Positions 18,808 through 30,478 of a stretch of 64,000 nucleotides of DNA are shown here, piece after piece. Each line of letters starts with the position of its first letter. Position 1 is the first letter of the stretch. Where the stretch lies: the NCBI GenBank assembly GCA_963738405.1, contig CAVTWJ010000022.1, positions 64,001 to 128,000 of the forward strand. The letters run 5' to 3'. The stretch comes from a candidate division FCPU426 bacterium. GTDB lineage: Bacteria; Oederibacteriota; Muellerivitia; Muellerivitales; Muellerivitaceae. Position numbers and translations under genes: made by a program. The notes beneath the pieces were generated by a model. The model ran no database searches and was not told where the DNA came from. It was given only the letters and a program-made list of their open reading frames with translations.

Positions 18808-19140
18808 TTGGGAAATAAGGCTTTTTAGAAAATATTTTTTAAAACACCGACACTTTTTAAAAAAAAGAACCTATTTGGACTAAATAATCAAAAAAACTCA
18901 AAATGCCAGACAGGAATAACCAGGAAACAATAAAAACCAGTTAATTCTTAACAAATACTGACATTTACCAACCCATTGAAAAAATGAACCCAGAGGGCCA
19001 TTTCTTGATGAATACATGATTTTTCAACACAAAAATTAGTTCAACCTCACCTAACAAATCGCAGGGGTTTTGATATACTAAGGGTGTAAGAAAGGCTCTG
19101 GGTCAAAGGGCTGGCTGTTCAATTTTGTTAGGAGGGTCAG

Positions 19141-19596
19141 ATGATTCGTTTAAAGACTAAAGGTTTCACGCTAATCGAACTGATGATCGTTGTCGCGATC
19201 ATCGGAATTTTGGCTGCGATTGCCATTCCAAAATTCGCGCAGATGCTTGAGAAGTCCAGGGAAGGCGCCACGAAGGGCACCTTGGGTTCTCTCAAATCAG
19301 CTGCTTCTATTTATTACGGGGATCAACAGGGAATTTGGCCAAGCACGCTGAACGCCTTGTCTTCCTATTCTTTCAGCAAATACATGGACAACATTTCGGC
19401 TGTGAAGGTAACCGGAGCTTTCGTTCCCGGCTGTACTTCTCCAGTTGGAAACTTGGTGACCATGACCACACAAGGGGCGGCGCCAACCGCCAGCAGCACT
19501 GGTTGGTTGTATGACAGCACGAATGGTAGCGTGTATGTCAACAGCACCGTCCACGACTCAAAAAATATTCCCTATTCCTTCTACGGGTTTGAATAA
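19141..19596 (+). CDS. Type IV pilin / prepilin-type N-terminal cleavage-methylation protein
   Basis: KG|FTLIELMIVVAIIGILAAIAIPKF; AGGAGG RBS; own terminator. Confidence 0.93.
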   Translation: MIRLKTKGFTLIELMIVVAIIGILAAIAIPKFAQMLEKSREGATKGTLGSLKSAASIYYGDQQGIWPSTLNALSSYSFSKYMDNISAVKVTGAFVPGCTSPVGNLVTMTTQGAAPTASSTGWLYDSTNGSVYVNSTVHDSKNIPYSFYGFE

Positions 19597-19622
19597 GACC
19601 TTTTTGGAATAGTCGTTCGCAC

Positions 19623-19655
19623 AAAGGCGGGACAATAGTTGTCCCGCCTTTTTTT
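19623..19655 (+). terminator. Rho-independent terminator (possibly bidirectional)
   Basis: aaaggcgggacaa-tag-ttgtcccgccttttttt between the convergent pilin and DedA genes. Confidence 0.85.
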
Positions 19656-20268
19656 ATTTCCCCGCTGAAGATTCAGAGAAAAAATTCCTAACGGCGCGCC
19701 GTAAATAGAATCCCAACAACAGATAAGTCAACAATACACAAAGAACATAAAGGGCAACAAACCATAAGTTGTTTTTGTGGAGTTCCCAGCTCTGGCCTAA
19801 AAAACAACCCGTTACGGTATACCAGGTCACATAAGTAAAAGTTCCAGCCAGGTTATAAATCAGAAATGACCGCCGGGGTGTTTTCCAAATTCCCGCAAGT
19901 AACCCGGTCACTGGATGAAGCAAAGCCACCAACCGGGCGAAGAAAACGGTCTTAGCCCCAAACTTCCCGAAGAATCTTTCCATCCTGTCGAATTTTTCGG
20001 ATGTAAATCCAAACCAAGTGACTTTTTTCAAGAGGGGACGCCCAAAGCCCAAACCCAGCCAATAGGCCGTGGTGCAGCCGAGAAAGCTGGCCCCCGTTCC
20101 TACGGCCATCACCGCCCACCATGAAAGGGACCCCTTCCCCGCCAGAAAGCCGGCCACCAATAATGTTTTATCTCCCGGAGAGGGAATACAGCAGTTGTTC
20201 AAAAAGACCAGCAGGAACAAGATCCAGTAGCCGTCGTGGATCAGTAGGGACTGCAGCCATTCGATCAG
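19654..20268 (-). CDS. DedA family membrane protein
   Basis: IPSPGD..LLVAGFLAG, YWLG..FGR, FF.KFG.KTVFFARLV, AGIWK..F..YNLAG. The reading frame extends upstream of the track TTG (20220) to a CTG at 20268. Confidence 0.88.
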   Translation of the reverse strand: MIEWLQSLLIHDGYWILFLLVFLNNCCIPSPGDKTLLVAGFLAGKGSLSWWAVMAVGTGASFLGCTTAYWLGLGFGRPLLKKVTWFGFTSEKFDRMERFFGKFGAKTVFFARLVALLHPVTGLLAGIWKTPRRSFLIYNLAGTFTYVTWYTVTGCFLGQSWELHKNNLWFVALYVLCVLLTYLLLGFYLRRAVRNFFSESSAGK

Positions 20269-20318
20269 GGTTGGGGACTCACTTTCCTAGCCTTGCGTCC
20301 TTTGATTCTACCCTGCGA

Positions 20319-21035
20319 TTAGATCCCCAAGTGCTTTTTAAAAAAGGCCAAGGTCATGGCCCAAACGGCGGCGGCGGAAGCGGGATGATAGGCGGGGCGG
20401 TCATCGCAATTGAACCCGTGTTCCGCTTCTGAAAATTCGGCGTTGATAAAGTCCTTCCCCGAGGCTCGAAGCGCGTCAGTGAGTTCCTTTATCTTTTCAG
20501 GCGGAGTGCCCTTGTCCTTGCCGCCCCAGGCTAAAAGCAAGGGGGCCTTTTGATCCTTGGCCAGTTCCATCGACTGCGACAGGATACGGCTTCCGTAATA
20601 GGAAACGGCCGCTCCCAAATGGAGCGCGGCGTTGGCCATAAAGGCCACCCGTCCGCCCAGACAAAAACCGATGGCTCCGATCTTTTCAGGTTTTATGCCC
20701 GCTTCTTTTTGAAGCCACTCATAAGTCGCCAGAGTATCCGCTGTCAGGGTCTCATCGGAAAGTCCGTCGAAGTGGGGCTTCAAAGCGGGAAAATCCGAGT
20801 AATCCCCCTCAAAACCAACCGGGGCCGTGCGGTGGAAAATTTCTGGGGCAATGGCCACATAACCTTCCTGGGCCAGCCGCCTGGCGATATTTTCGATATG
20901 TTGATTCACCCCAAACGCCTCTTGAAATATTAGAAGCCCAGCTTTGGCAGGGTTTTCGGGCTCGGCCACGAAAGCCGCCATTTTGGTTCCGTCGGAAACT
21001 TTCAGTTCCACCACGCTTTCTTGAATATTGGGCAT
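20319..21035 (-). CDS. Dienelactone hydrolase family protein
   Basis: QEAFGVN, GFCLGG nucleophile motif, GGKD, AEHGFNCDDR. Confidence 0.95.
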   Translation of the reverse strand: MPNIQESVVELKVSDGTKMAAFVAEPENPAKAGLLIFQEAFGVNQHIENIARRLAQEGYVAIAPEIFHRTAPVGFEGDYSDFPALKPHFDGLSDETLTADTLATYEWLQKEAGIKPEKIGAIGFCLGGRVAFMANAALHLGAAVSYYGSRILSQSMELAKDQKAPLLLAWGGKDKGTPPEKIKELTDALRASGKDFINAEFSEAEHGFNCDDRPAYHPASAAAVWAMTLAFFKKHLGI

Positions 21036-21161
21036 TCCATCCTCCCTATCAAATAAAGGTTAGATCCATGATTGATCGGGACTTATCTAAGACAATCTTC
21101 TTCTCAAAATCAACCAAAGCAGGGGAAATGCCGGTAACGAATGGGTTACTGAACGACCATA

Positions 21162-21383
21162 TCACACAAGTCTATCGATTCCAGTTGGATCATCGGGGTT
21201 TTGGGGCGTGTTATTCGGATTTTTGAGACTTCTAAGCCTTCGATTCTTGCGGTGCTGCATGATCATGAGATATCTCAAATAACGAGCAATCTGGCGCAGA
21301 GGCCGAACCGGGACATTTACTGGCCGTGATGAATTTGTACGAGAAATAGGCTCGATAGGCTCAATCGGGTCGTCAAAGCCCAT
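21162..21383 (-). CDS. Small hypothetical protein
   Basis: 73-aa ORF with GAGG RBS filling the gap downstream of carB; no recognisable motif. Confidence 0.5.
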   Translation of the reverse strand: MGFDDPIEPIEPISRTNSSRPVNVPVRPLRQIARYLRYLMIMQHRKNRRLRSLKNPNNTPQNPDDPTGIDRLV

Positions 21384-21443
21384 ACCGATGGCCTCTTTTC
21401 TTACTTTTACAGACCCACAAATTGCATTTAAAAAGTCGGAGCG

Positions 21444-24400
21444 TTAAGCCTCAGTCTTCACATTATCGGCGAAATGCGCTTGGATGGACTTAACTTTGAT
21501 TTCTCTTTTTCTTAAGGACTCAATCCCGTTGGCCGCCGCGGCGCAGGCCGAAAGGGTGGTAATACAGGGCACGTTGTATACCACCGCGGTGCGGCGGATC
21601 TGGAAATCATCCGAACGGGGCCCCTTCCCCGCCGGGGTATTCATGATCAATTGGACATCGTGGTTTTTTATTAAATCAATCACATTGGGCCTGCCTTCGT
21701 GCACCTTGCGCACTTCAGTAACTTCAATGCCGTTGCTTACCAGTGCTTGAGCCGTGCCGTGGGTGGCCACAATCTTGAACCCCATGTCGAAAAGGCGCTT
21801 GGCGATAAAGATACTGGAACGTTTGTCCTTATTTTTTACGGAGATAAAGACCGTGCCCTTCAAGGGCAATGCGGAGTTGGCCGCCATCTGGCTCTTGGCG
21901 AAGGCCATTCCGAAATCCTGATCGATGCCCATGACCTCGCCGGTAGATTTCATTTCCGGCCCCAAGACCGTATCAACCCCAGGGAAGCGGTTGAAAGGAA
22001 ATACGGCTTCTTTTACCGCCACATGCTTCAAGTAAGAGACTTCCTTAATTTTAAGTTCCTGCATGGTTTTTCCGGACATCAGCCGGGCCGCAACCTTTGC
22101 CCAGGGGATGCCGGTGGCTTTTGACACAAAGGGGACGGTGCGGGAGGCCCGGGGGTTTACTTCCAGCACATAAACCAGGTCGTTCTTGATGGCATACTGA
22201 ACGTTCATGAGACCCTTCACCTTCAGGGACAAGGCCATTTCCTTGGTGTACTTTCGAATGGTGTTGATCTGGTCCTCGCGCAAGGTATAGGGCGGAATCA
22301 CACAGGCTGAGTCGCCCGAATGGATGCCTGCCTCTTCAATATGTTCCATGATCCCGGCGATCAGAACTTCTTTCCCGTCGCAAACGCAATCGACATCGAC
22401 TTCCAAGGCGTCTTCCAGGAAGTGGTCGATCAAGATGGGCTGGTTGGGGGCCGCCTCGGCCGCCCTAGCCACAAAATCATCCAGCATGGATTCATCGAAA
22501 ACAATTTCCATAGCCCGCCCGCCTAATACGTAGGAGGGACGCACCATCACCGGATAACCGACCTTGCGGGCCACCGGCTTGGCCTGTTTCACATTCATGG
22601 CCGTGCCGTTATCGGGCTGGCGGATCTTGAGCCTTTTCAACATGGCGCCAAACTGCTTGCGGTCTTCCGCCATGTCGATGGATTCGGGCGAGGTACCAAT
22701 GATGGGTGCCCCCGCTTTTTTCAATGAAACCGCCAGTTTCAGGGGCGTCTGGCCCCCAAACTGGACGATAACTCCCTTGGGTTTTTCCCGATCGAGGATA
22801 TTCATCACATCCTCAAAGGTGAGGGGTTCGAAGTAGAGCCGGTTGGAGGTATCGTAGTCAGTAGAGACGGTCTCAGGGTTGTTGTTGACCATGATGACTT
22901 CATAGCCGTCTTCTTTCAGGGCGAAGGCCCCGTGCACACAGCAATAGTCGAATTCAATTCCCTGGCCGATGCGGTTGGGTCCGCCGCCTAAAATCATGAT
23001 CTTCTCGCCCTTATCCGGTGCCGCTTCCCCGTCTTGTCCCTCATAGGAGGAACGCCCCAGCTCGTAGGTGGAGTAGAGATAGGGGGTGAATGCCTCAAAC
23101 TCGGCCCCGCAGGTATCGACCATGCGGTAAACCGGAGTGACCTTCGACAATTTGCGGTATTTTCGGATTTCGGTTTCTTCCGCCTTGCAGAGGAATGCCA
23201 ATTGCTGGTCAGAAAAGCCTAGAGTCTTGGCTTTACGTAAAAGGTCTAACGGCAATTTGGCCTTTAGCTTGCCTTTTTTCTGGGTCGATTTTTCGAGTTC
23301 CTTTTCTACTTCCACCAGGTCCTTCAATTCGTTGAGAAACCAGGGGTCGATACCCGTCAATTTGTAGATCTTCTCCACGTCATAACCCTGCCAGAGGGCC
23401 TGGCGCAAAAAGAAATGGCGGATGGAGGTGGGTTTGCGAAGCTGGGCATCCAACAAGTCGTGGGGCAAAGGCTTGGGCTTACGAGCCCCCGTTTTTTGCC
23501 ACCGGCCTTCCTTGAATTCACGGCCGTCGGCACCCAGGCCGATGGTTCCAGTTTCCATGGAACGCAAGGCTTTCTGGTAGCTTTCTTTAAAGGTCCGGCC
23601 GATGGACATGGTCTCCCCCACGCTTTTCATGGAGGTGTTAAGGATATCCTCGGCGTCCACGAACTTTTCAAAGGTAAACCGGGGAATCTTAGTGACCACA
23701 TAATCGATGGTGGGCTCAAAGGCTGCCTTGGTGTAACGAGTGATGTCGTTGAAGATTTCATCCAGCGAATAGCCCACCGCTAATTTGGCCGCGATTTTCG
23801 CGATCGGAAAGCCGGTGGCCTTGGAGGCTAGGGCGGAAGATCGGGAAACCCGGGGGTTCATCTCGATCACCACCATGCGGCCCGTCTTGGGGTCGGTGCC
23901 GAACTGGATATTCGACCCACCCGTATCCACGCCAATTTCCCTTATGCAGGCGATGGAGGCGTCGCGCATGCGCTGGTATTCCTTATCCGTCAGGGTCTGG
24001 GCGGGAGCCACGGTCACCGAGTCGCCGGTGTGGATGCCCATCGGGTCCATGTTTTCGATGGAGCAGATGATGACCACGTTGTCCTTGAGGTCGCGCATGA
24101 CCTCCATTTCATACTCTTTCCAGCCCAAGATAGATTCCTCAACCAGACACTGGCGGATAGGAGAAAGGTCCAGACCCTTGGAAAGGATTTCCTCGCATTC
24201 CTGCTTGTTATAAGCAATTCCGCCGCCGGTTCCGCCCAGGGTAAAGGCAGGTCGGATGATGACGGGGTAGCCGTTTCCTTCAGCAAACCCTAAGCCTTCC
24301 TCAAGGGTTCTTACCGTAAGGGATTTAGGCAGGTCCAGCCCGATTTTGAGCATGGCTTCTTTGAAGAGCTGACGGTCTTCAGCCTTTTTGATGGCAGCCA

Positions 24401-24758
24401 GATTGGCGCCGATCAGTTCAACTTTGAATTCGTTGAGGGTGCCATTCTCAGCCAGGGCAACGGCGGTATTAAGGGCTGTCTGGCCGCCTAGCGTAGGCAA
24501 GAGAGCGTCCGGGTGTTCCTTTTCGATGATCTTGCGGACCACTTCGGGTGTGATGGGTTCGATATAGGTTTTATGGGCAAATTCAGGGTCAGTCATGATG
24601 GTGGCCGGGTTGGAATTGATGAGGATGACCTCAAAACCCTCTTCTTTGAGGGCCTTGCACCCCTGTGTGCCGGAATAGTCGAATTCACAGGCCTGCCCGA
24701 TGATGATGGGCCCAGCCCCGATGACCATGATCTTTTTGATGTCAGTACGTTTAGGCAT
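21444..24758 (-). CDS. carB: Carbamoyl-phosphate synthase large subunit
   Basis: [27 protein letters not shown]; duplicated ATP-grasp domains; C-terminal MGS domain. Confidence 0.99.
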   Translation of the reverse strand: MPKRTDIKKIMVIGAGPIIIGQACEFDYSGTQGCKALKEEGFEVILINSNPATIMTDPEFAHKTYIEPITPEVVRKIIEKEHPDALLPTLGGQTALNTAVALAENGTLNEFKVELIGANLAAIKKAEDRQLFKEAMLKIGLDLPKSLTVRTLEEGLGFAEGNGYPVIIRPAFTLGGTGGGIAYNKQECEEILSKGLDLSPIRQCLVEESILGWKEYEMEVMRDLKDNVVIICSIENMDPMGIHTGDSVTVAPAQTLTDKEYQRMRDASIACIREIGVDTGGSNIQFGTDPKTGRMVVIEMNPRVSRSSALASKATGFPIAKIAAKLAVGYSLDEIFNDITRYTKAAFEPTIDYVVTKIPRFTFEKFVDAEDILNTSMKSVGETMSIGRTFKESYQKALRSMETGTIGLGADGREFKEGRWQKTGARKPKPLPHDLLDAQLRKPTSIRHFFLRQALWQGYDVEKIYKLTGIDPWFLNELKDLVEVEKELEKSTQKKGKLKAKLPLDLLRKAKTLGFSDQQLAFLCKAEETEIRKYRKLSKVTPVYRMVDTCGAEFEAFTPYLYSTYELGRSSYEGQDGEAAPDKGEKIMILGGGPNRIGQGIEFDYCCVHGAFALKEDGYEVIMVNNNPETVSTDYDTSNRLYFEPLTFEDVMNILDREKPKGVIVQFGGQTPLKLAVSLKKAGAPIIGTSPESIDMAEDRKQFGAMLKRLKIRQPDNGTAMNVKQAKPVARKVGYPVMVRPSYVLGGRAMEIVFDESMLDDFVARAAEAAPNQPILIDHFLEDALEVDVDCVCDGKEVLIAGIMEHIEEAGIHSGDSACVIPPYTLREDQINTIRKYTKEMALSLKVKGLMNVQYAIKNDLVYVLEVNPRASRTVPFVSKATGIPWAKVAARLMSGKTMQELKIKEVSYLKHVAVKEAVFPFNRFPGVDTVLGPEMKSTGEVMGIDQDFGMAFAKSQMAANSALPLKGTVFISVKNKDKRSSIFIAKRLFDMGFKIVATHGTAQALVSNGIEVTEVRKVHEGRPNVIDLIKNHDVQLIMNTPAGKGPRSDDFQIRRTAVVYNVPCITTLSACAAAANGIESLRKREIKVKSIQAHFADNVKTEA

Positions 24759-25209
24759 GTTTCCTCATGTGAAATTTATATAAAGCATTTTCAAAAATAA
24801 GCCAAATCACAAAGGCAATCACATACACAATTACAGCGTGTTCCGGAATAGACCCCGGCCAAAAATGTTGTTGCACTAAATAACCGATTTCAAGAAAGCC
24901 ACATGCAAGAATCCACGAAATTAGTAAATAGATTGATCCTGACCCCATTTTGATTTTTCTTTTCTCTTTTAAAGCAAATACCATTACAACGCTTAAAAAA
25001 GACAAAAACATATATGCCCTACCCAAAAAAACTATTGTTCCAAACATGACAACAGAGAACAACAGTCCCACGAACAATAAGAATAATAGGTCATTAATTT
25101 TTTGATTCTTAAACTTCTTAAATAACATTTGAATAAAAAGAATAAAGGTAAACCCTACAATCAATAGAATCGGCCAATATTTTCTTATATATTCAAAATC
25201 AATATTCAC
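24751..25209 (-). CDS. AT-rich hypothetical membrane protein between carA and carB
   Basis: 152 aa, 4-5 TM segments, GTG with AGGA RBS, stop overlaps the carB start. Confidence 0.7.
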   Translation of the reverse strand: MNIDFEYIRKYWPILLIVGFTFILFIQMLFKKFKNQKINDLLFLLFVGLLFSVVMFGTIVFLGRAYMFLSFLSVVMVFALKEKRKIKMGSGSIYLLISWILACGFLEIGYLVQQHFWPGSIPEHAVIVYVIAFVIWLIFENALYKFHMRKHA

Positions 25210-25221
25210 AAACTCATCCTT

Positions 25222-26400
25222 TTAAGAATTCTTCTCAACCATTTCTCTAAACTGTTTGAACAAATAACTCGCGTCATGAGGCCCGGGCGAGGCTTCGGGA
25301 TGATACTGCACGCTGAAGACCGGCTTGTTCTTCAGTTCCATCCCTTCACTGGTGTTGTCGCTCAGGTTGATGTGGGAGAGGGTGATTTCTTCCCTGTTAA
25401 GACTCTCGTTATCCACAGCGAACCCATGGTTTTGGCTGGTGATCTCGACTTTTTGATTCAGGGTGTTGAGAACCGGCTGGTTGCCGCCCCGGTGGCCGAA
25501 CTTCAGCTTGTAGGTTTTGCCCCCCAAGGCTAACCCCAAAATCTGGTGCCCCAGGCAAATGCCGAAAGTCGGAACGTTCTTATCGATCAATTGCCGGACT
25601 GTCTCAATGACATATGGCACACCCTCGGGGTCGCCGGGACCGTTGGAAAGAAACACACCCTTGAACCCTTGGTTCATCAAGCCCTCGAACTTCGTGGTCG
25701 CGGGGAACACCGTTACATCGAATCCCTCGGCGGTCAGTTTTCGCAAAATGTTGTATTTGATCCCGCAATCCAAGGCAGCAATAGGGATTCCAGCCCGGAC
25801 CTTTTCGGGATGGTGGAGGTGCAATTGTTCTTCGATCGGTTTCGTCGATTGGAGAGGCGTCGCTAAGTCGTAAGGTAATTCACTCCAGTGATAGGGTTTG
25901 TCACAGGAAACTTCCTTCACCAAATCTCGCCCAATCAGACCTGGGCTGTCCTTAGCTTGTTTGACCAATTTCTTGGGATCCAATTCCAGGGTCGAAAGCA
26001 CCCCTTTTTTTGCCCCAAACTTACGCAAATGGGAGGTCAAGGCACGGGTATCGACCCCCTCAATGCCAATAATGTTGTTCTTTTTCAAGTAATCCGAAAG
26101 GGTAGCGGTCATGCGGTAACTGGAAGGATGTTTGCAGTATTCCTTCACCACGAACCCAGAAAGGAAGGGCTTGCGGGACTCCACATCCACGTTGTTCACC
26201 CCGTAATTGCCGATCATGGGGTAGGTCATGGTGACGATCTGGCCGCAATAGGAGGGGTCGGTGAGGATTTCCTGATAGCCCGTCATGGAGGTATTGAAAA
26301 CAACCTCGCCGAAGCTTTTGCCGTCGGCCCCAAAACTTAACCCTTCGAACCAAGTACCGTCTTCGAGAGCCAACACCGCTTTCTTAACTTTAGAAGCCAC
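25222..26400 (-). CDS. carA: Carbamoyl-phosphate synthase small subunit
   Basis: GEVVFNTSMTGYQE, SNGPGDP, GICLGHQ, VQYHPEASPGPHD. Confidence 0.99.
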   Translation of the reverse strand: MASKVKKAVLALEDGTWFEGLSFGADGKSFGEVVFNTSMTGYQEILTDPSYCGQIVTMTYPMIGNYGVNNVDVESRKPFLSGFVVKEYCKHPSSYRMTATLSDYLKKNNIIGIEGVDTRALTSHLRKFGAKKGVLSTLELDPKKLVKQAKDSPGLIGRDLVKEVSCDKPYHWSELPYDLATPLQSTKPIEEQLHLHHPEKVRAGIPIAALDCGIKYNILRKLTAEGFDVTVFPATTKFEGLMNQGFKGVFLSNGPGDPEGVPYVIETVRQLIDKNVPTFGICLGHQILGLALGGKTYKLKFGHRGGNQPVLNTLNQKVEITSQNHGFAVDNESLNREEITLSHINLSDNTSEGMELKNKPVFSVQYHPEASPGPHDASYLFKQFREMVEKNS

Positions 26401-26425
26401 CCCTATCCCCTTTTCCGATCAAAGT

Positions 26426-27706
26426 TCATTCTGCTTGGAATTTCACTTCACCGCTTACGATAGTCGTAGCGGCAAAACCCTTTAGGTTCCACCCGTTGAA
26501 GGGTGAATTCTTGCCCCGGCTTTTAAACTTGCTCACATCCACCTTTTGCTCGGTTTGGATGTCGAAGATCGCCACATCCGCTACGGCCCCTTCGCTCAAG
26601 GTTCCCTTATCGATTCCCACGATCTTGGAGGGTGCGGTGGTCAGCATTTCAATTGCGCGGGAGAGGGTGATGACCCCAGGTTCCACCAGGTGGCTGTAGG
26701 TAAGAGGAAAGAGCGTTTCGAGGCCGACAATGCCGAAGGCGGCTTCGTCAAATTCACATTGTTTCTCGGTGGAAGCGTGGGGCGCGTGGTCGGTGGCGAT
26801 GCAGTCGATGACGCCTTCTTTAATTCCCTTGCGAATGGCCGCCACATCCTCTTCGCTTCTTAAGGGCGGGTTCATCTTGAAGTTGGCGTTGTAGTTCTTG
26901 ATCGATTTGTCCGACAGGCTCCAGTAGTGGGGGGCTGTTTCGGCCGTCACTTTAAGGCCCTTTTTCTTTGCTTGCCGCACCAGCTCCACCGACCCGGCTG
27001 TTGAAAGGTGAGCCACGTGGAATCGTGCTCCGGTCATTTCGGCCAGCACAATGTTGCGGGCCACCATGACCGTCTCGGAAGCTGCCGGGATACCCCGAAG
27101 GCCCAACAGGGTGGAGGATACCCCTTCGTTCATAACCCCGTTATTGGCCAGGTTGATATCCTCGCAGTGGTCAATGACCACCAGGTCGAGCATTTTGGCG
27201 TATTCCATAACCCGGCGCATGAGCTCGGCGTTCATAATCGATGACCCGTCGTCGGAGAGCCCCACTGCCCCGGCGCGTTTGAGTTCGCCCAATTCCGCCA
27301 TCTCAGCGCCTTCCCGGCGCTTGGAGATACAGCCCACGGGGAAGACGTGGCAGTGGCCCTCTTTTTCGGCTTTGGCCTTGATGAAGTAAACGATGGCTTG
27401 GTCGTCAATGGGCGGGTTAGTGTTGGGCATACAGGCTACCGAGGTAACCCCCCCGGCTACCGCCGCCAGGGTGCCGGTGGCGATGGTTTCTTTATATTCA
27501 AACCCGGGCTCCCGCAGGTGCACATGGATATCCACCAGGCCAGGCGTTACGATTTTGCCATTGGCGTTGATAGTTTCATCGGCCTTCACCTTTAGGTTCT
27601 TCCCTACCTTAGCTATTTTTCCCTCTTGGATGAAGACTTCCGCCTCGCCGTCCAATTGATTGGCGGGATCAACCACGTGGCCGCCTTGGATTAGGATCGA
27701 TTTCAT
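26426..27706 (-). CDS. pyrC: Dihydroorotase (multifunctional-complex type)
   Basis: [29 protein letters not shown]. Confidence 0.98.
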   Translation of the reverse strand: MKSILIQGGHVVDPANQLDGEAEVFIQEGKIAKVGKNLKVKADETINANGKIVTPGLVDIHVHLREPGFEYKETIATGTLAAVAGGVTSVACMPNTNPPIDDQAIVYFIKAKAEKEGHCHVFPVGCISKRREGAEMAELGELKRAGAVGLSDDGSSIMNAELMRRVMEYAKMLDLVVIDHCEDINLANNGVMNEGVSSTLLGLRGIPAASETVMVARNIVLAEMTGARFHVAHLSTAGSVELVRQAKKKGLKVTAETAPHYWSLSDKSIKNYNANFKMNPPLRSEEDVAAIRKGIKEGVIDCIATDHAPHASTEKQCEFDEAAFGIVGLETLFPLTYSHLVEPGVITLSRAIEMLTTAPSKIVGIDKGTLSEGAVADVAIFDIQTEQKVDVSKFKSRGKNSPFNGWNLKGFAATTIVSGEVKFQAE

Positions 27707-28641
27707 GCGCTCACCCCTTCTTTGTTCTCGCCTTGCAGGAGATAGAGAACTGCCATCCTTACCGCCACGCCGTTGGTGACCTGTTCGTCAATGACCGACT
27801 GGGAACCGTCGGCGACGCCGGAGGATATTTCCACCCCACGGTTCATGGGGCCTGGGTGCATGACCAGAGCGTCTTTTTTGGCCAGTTTCAACCGACTGGT
27901 CGTGATGCCGTAGAGCATGGAATATTCGCGAATCGTTGGAAAAAGATTCTTTTTCTGGCGTTCCAACTGGAGCCGGAGCACATAGACCACATCCGTTCCC
28001 TCGAGGGCCTTGTTCAAGTCGTGGAAAATTTCCACTCCCATTTTTTCAATGCCGTAGGGAAGAAGGGTCGGGGGAGCGCAAAGCCTGACCTTTGCCCCCA
28101 GCTTGGTAAGTCCGTAGATGTTAGAGCGGGCAACACGGCTATGGGTGATGTCACCGATGATCGTGACCGTCAGGCCTTCCACTTTCCCCTTTTGTTCGCG
28201 GATGGTGAAAAGATCTAGCAATCCTTGGGTGGGGTGCTCATGGGCCCCGTCTCCCGCGTTAATCACCGAGGCCCCCGTTGCGTCAGCCAGCATTTTGGCC
28301 ACACCGGAAGATTTGTGTCGGACCACCAGGGCATCGATGGTCATGGATTCCAGGGTTTTAAGGGTATCCAGCAGGGTTTCGCCCTTCACCAGCGATGAGG
28401 AGCCGGTTTGGACGTTCAGAATGTCAGCTGAAAGGCGTTTAGCCGCTAACTCGAAGGAAATGCGGGTTCGGGTGGAGGGTTCGTGGAAGAACAAGACCAC
28501 CGTGCGGCCCCGGAGAGCCGGAACCTTTTTGACCGAGCGGGTGGAAACTTCTTTAAAGGAATTGGCGGTGTCGAGGATATGGTTGATCTCGGAGGCTGAG
28601 AGGTCTTCCAGGGTGAGCAGGTCTTTGGTTTTCCAGGTCAT
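27703..28641 (-). CDS. pyrB: Aspartate carbamoyltransferase catalytic subunit
   Basis: [37 protein letters not shown]. Start corrected to ATG 28641. Confidence 0.98.
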   Translation of the reverse strand: MTWKTKDLLTLEDLSASEINHILDTANSFKEVSTRSVKKVPALRGRTVVLFFHEPSTRTRISFELAAKRLSADILNVQTGSSSLVKGETLLDTLKTLESMTIDALVVRHKSSGVAKMLADATGASVINAGDGAHEHPTQGLLDLFTIREQKGKVEGLTVTIIGDITHSRVARSNIYGLTKLGAKVRLCAPPTLLPYGIEKMGVEIFHDLNKALEGTDVVYVLRLQLERQKKNLFPTIREYSMLYGITTSRLKLAKKDALVMHPGPMNRGVEISSGVADGSQSVIDEQVTNGVAVRMAVLYLLQGENKEGVSA

Positions 28642-28648
28642 GGGCGCC

Positions 28649-29197
28649 TCAACTTTCCGTCTCGGCGATGACGACTTCATCCACGCCGTCCCGTTCCTTG
28701 ACATGGACCAAGACTTCCTCTTTGGAGCTGGAAGGAATATTTTTTCCGATGTAATCGGGATGGATTGGGAATTCCCGGTGGCCCCGGTCCACCAGTACCG
28801 CCAGGCGGATGGCAACTGGCCTGCCGAAGTCGATGATCTGGTCGATGGCGGCCCGCACGCTTCGGCCCGTATAGAGGACATCATCCACCAGAACCACTTT
28901 CTTGTTGTTCACATCGAAGGGAAGATGGGTGGATTCGGGGGCTTTCTCAGGTTTGTGGGTTCCGGCGTCATCCCGGTAAAAGGTGATATCCAAGGCGCCG
29001 TTGGGGATGTCAGTTCCCTCAATAGCTTTAACTTTTTGGGCCAACCGTTCGGCCAGCACTTCCCCCCGGCTGCGGATACCGATAAATACCAGGTTTTGCG
29101 TGCCTTTATTGCGTTCCAGGATCTCGTGGGCGATGCGGGTCAGGGCGCGGTCCATGTCCCGGGCATCCAATACCACCGCTTTGATTTTGGGGGCCAT
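28649..29197 (-). CDS. pyrR: Pyrimidine operon attenuation regulator/UPRTase PyrR
   Basis: [49 protein letters not shown]. Confidence 0.98.
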   Translation of the reverse strand: MAPKIKAVVLDARDMDRALTRIAHEILERNKGTQNLVFIGIRSRGEVLAERLAQKVKAIEGTDIPNGALDITFYRDDAGTHKPEKAPESTHLPFDVNNKKVVLVDDVLYTGRSVRAAIDQIIDFGRPVAIRLAVLVDRGHREFPIHPDYIGKNIPSSSKEEVLVHVKERDGVDEVVIAETES

Positions 29198-29224
29198 TAG
29201 GACACCACCTTCAAGACTAGGGGC

Positions 29225-29262
29225 AAAAAAAATCCCGAATCACCCTTTTGAGGTGTTCGGGA
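29225..29262 (-). terminator. Attenuator terminator of pyr leader
   Basis: Minus strand tcccgaacacc-tcaaaag-ggtgattcggga followed by a U-run, upstream of pyrR. Confidence 0.85.
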
Positions 29263-29303
29263 CAGGTTGGTTTCTAGGGCACAAGCATGCGTCATTCGTT
29301 TTT

Positions 29304-29335
29304 CCTTTAGGGTCTCTCGGGACCCTGTTTAAAGG
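29304..29335 (-). ncRNA. PyrR-binding RNA element
   Basis: Minus strand CCUUUAAACAGGGUCCCGAGAGACCCUAAAGG resembles the CUUUAA...RUCCNGNGAGRYY...AAGG binding loop, in the expected position. Confidence 0.88.
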
Positions 29336-29343
29336 CTGAGCGG

Positions 29344-29371
29344 ATTATACGATTTTTCAAACTTCTGTCAA
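29344..29371 (-). promoter_or_regulatory. Sigma-70 promoter of pyr operon
   Basis: Perfect TTGACA-N16-TATAAT immediately before the PyrR loop. Confidence 0.85.
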
Positions 29372-29457
29372 GAATAGTAAAAACTCTCGAAAGTCTTGAA
29401 GAACCGCGAAGGGAAAGGCAAAGTAACTGGGTTCGACTAAGCCAAGACCGAGGTAAA

Positions 29458-30186
29458 ATGTTGAAAAGGGCCCAAGAAAAAAATGTCATTCGGTTTGACC
29501 AAGACATCCGGGAAAATAAAGGTTACCTTTGTGCTGACCTGGATAAACTTTCCTGCAGATTCGCGACCACCCGAATCACTCAAGCGGTCAATATTTTCGC
29601 CGAGTTGAAGGGAAAAAGGGTCATCGATTTAGGTTGTGGAGACGGGACTTTTGTTTTCGAATTTCTCAAGCATGGGCCTGCCTTCGTTCTGGGTTTGGAT
29701 GCCTCGCGGGAAGCCATTCGGATTGCCAGGAAAAACTCAAAGTTTTCGAGAAAATTCCATTTCAGGGTCATGGACATTTACGAGGTCGGGAAAATAAAAG
29801 GGCGGTATGATGTGGCCGTAGTTCGAGGAATGTTGCACCATCTTTATCGGCCTCAGGAGGCCATCGCCGCTATTTCCAAGATAGCCGACACAATCATTGT
29901 AGTTGAGCCAAACGGGTTCAATCCGATCCTGAAAATCATTGAAAAAATCTCTTCGTACCACGTGGCGCATGAGGAAAAATCCTTTTTCCCCACTACTTTG
30001 AACTCATGGTTTGAAAGCACAGGCTCAAAAGTAGTTGGTTACACCTACTGCGGCCTTGTTCCTTTTTTCTGTCCTGACTGGATGGCGACCATTCTAAAAA
30101 TCTTTGAACCTATTCTGGAACGGATTCCAATCGCGAAACAACTGTCCTGCGCCCAGTATGTGTTCAAGGTCAACACCAATCTTTAA
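29458..30186 (+). CDS. Class I SAM-dependent methyltransferase
   Basis: VIDLGCGDG, GLDAS, YDVAV..GMLHHL, VVEPN..NP; this type is common in glycan-modification loci. Confidence 0.9.
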   Translation: MLKRAQEKNVIRFDQDIRENKGYLCADLDKLSCRFATTRITQAVNIFAELKGKRVIDLGCGDGTFVFEFLKHGPAFVLGLDASREAIRIARKNSKFSRKFHFRVMDIYEVGKIKGRYDVAVVRGMLHHLYRPQEAIAAISKIADTIIVVEPNGFNPILKIIEKISSYHVAHEEKSFFPTTLNSWFESTGSKVVGYTYCGLVPFFCPDWMATILKIFEPILERIPIAKQLSCAQYVFKVNTNL

Positions 30187-30478
30187 ATGTTTTTCCCATC
30201 TTTGCCGGGTCGCCACATTAAAATTTTCGGACGCTTCCAAGGGCAATCACCTCTAGCGCTTTTGATCCAGTTTCAATGAATATCGCAAGTTTTGAGAATT
30301 TTGTTTTATAACAAAATCGAAGTTCATCGAAAACGCAAGAGTCAATTGAGGTCTTTTAAAAAGCGGGTTAAAATCAACTGACGTAAGTCAAAATTCTCTA
30401 ACACTTTATTTATCGGCCCTCACGAGATGCTCGTTTGTTCCTATTCCATGTTCTAACTAAATTTTCCGGGAATTCCCA

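Noticed and set aside
18810..19140. c-di-GMP riboswitch or sigma-54 promoter before the pilin
   Set aside because: No GEMM or GG-N10-GC consensus found; only an extended -10-like TGaTATACT.
28642..28884. Long N-terminal extension of PyrB
   Set aside because: It overlaps pyrR in another frame; ATG 28641 gives a normal length.
28118..29200. 360-aa + strand ORF
   Set aside because: Entirely antisense to well-supported pyrB and pyrR, with no motifs.
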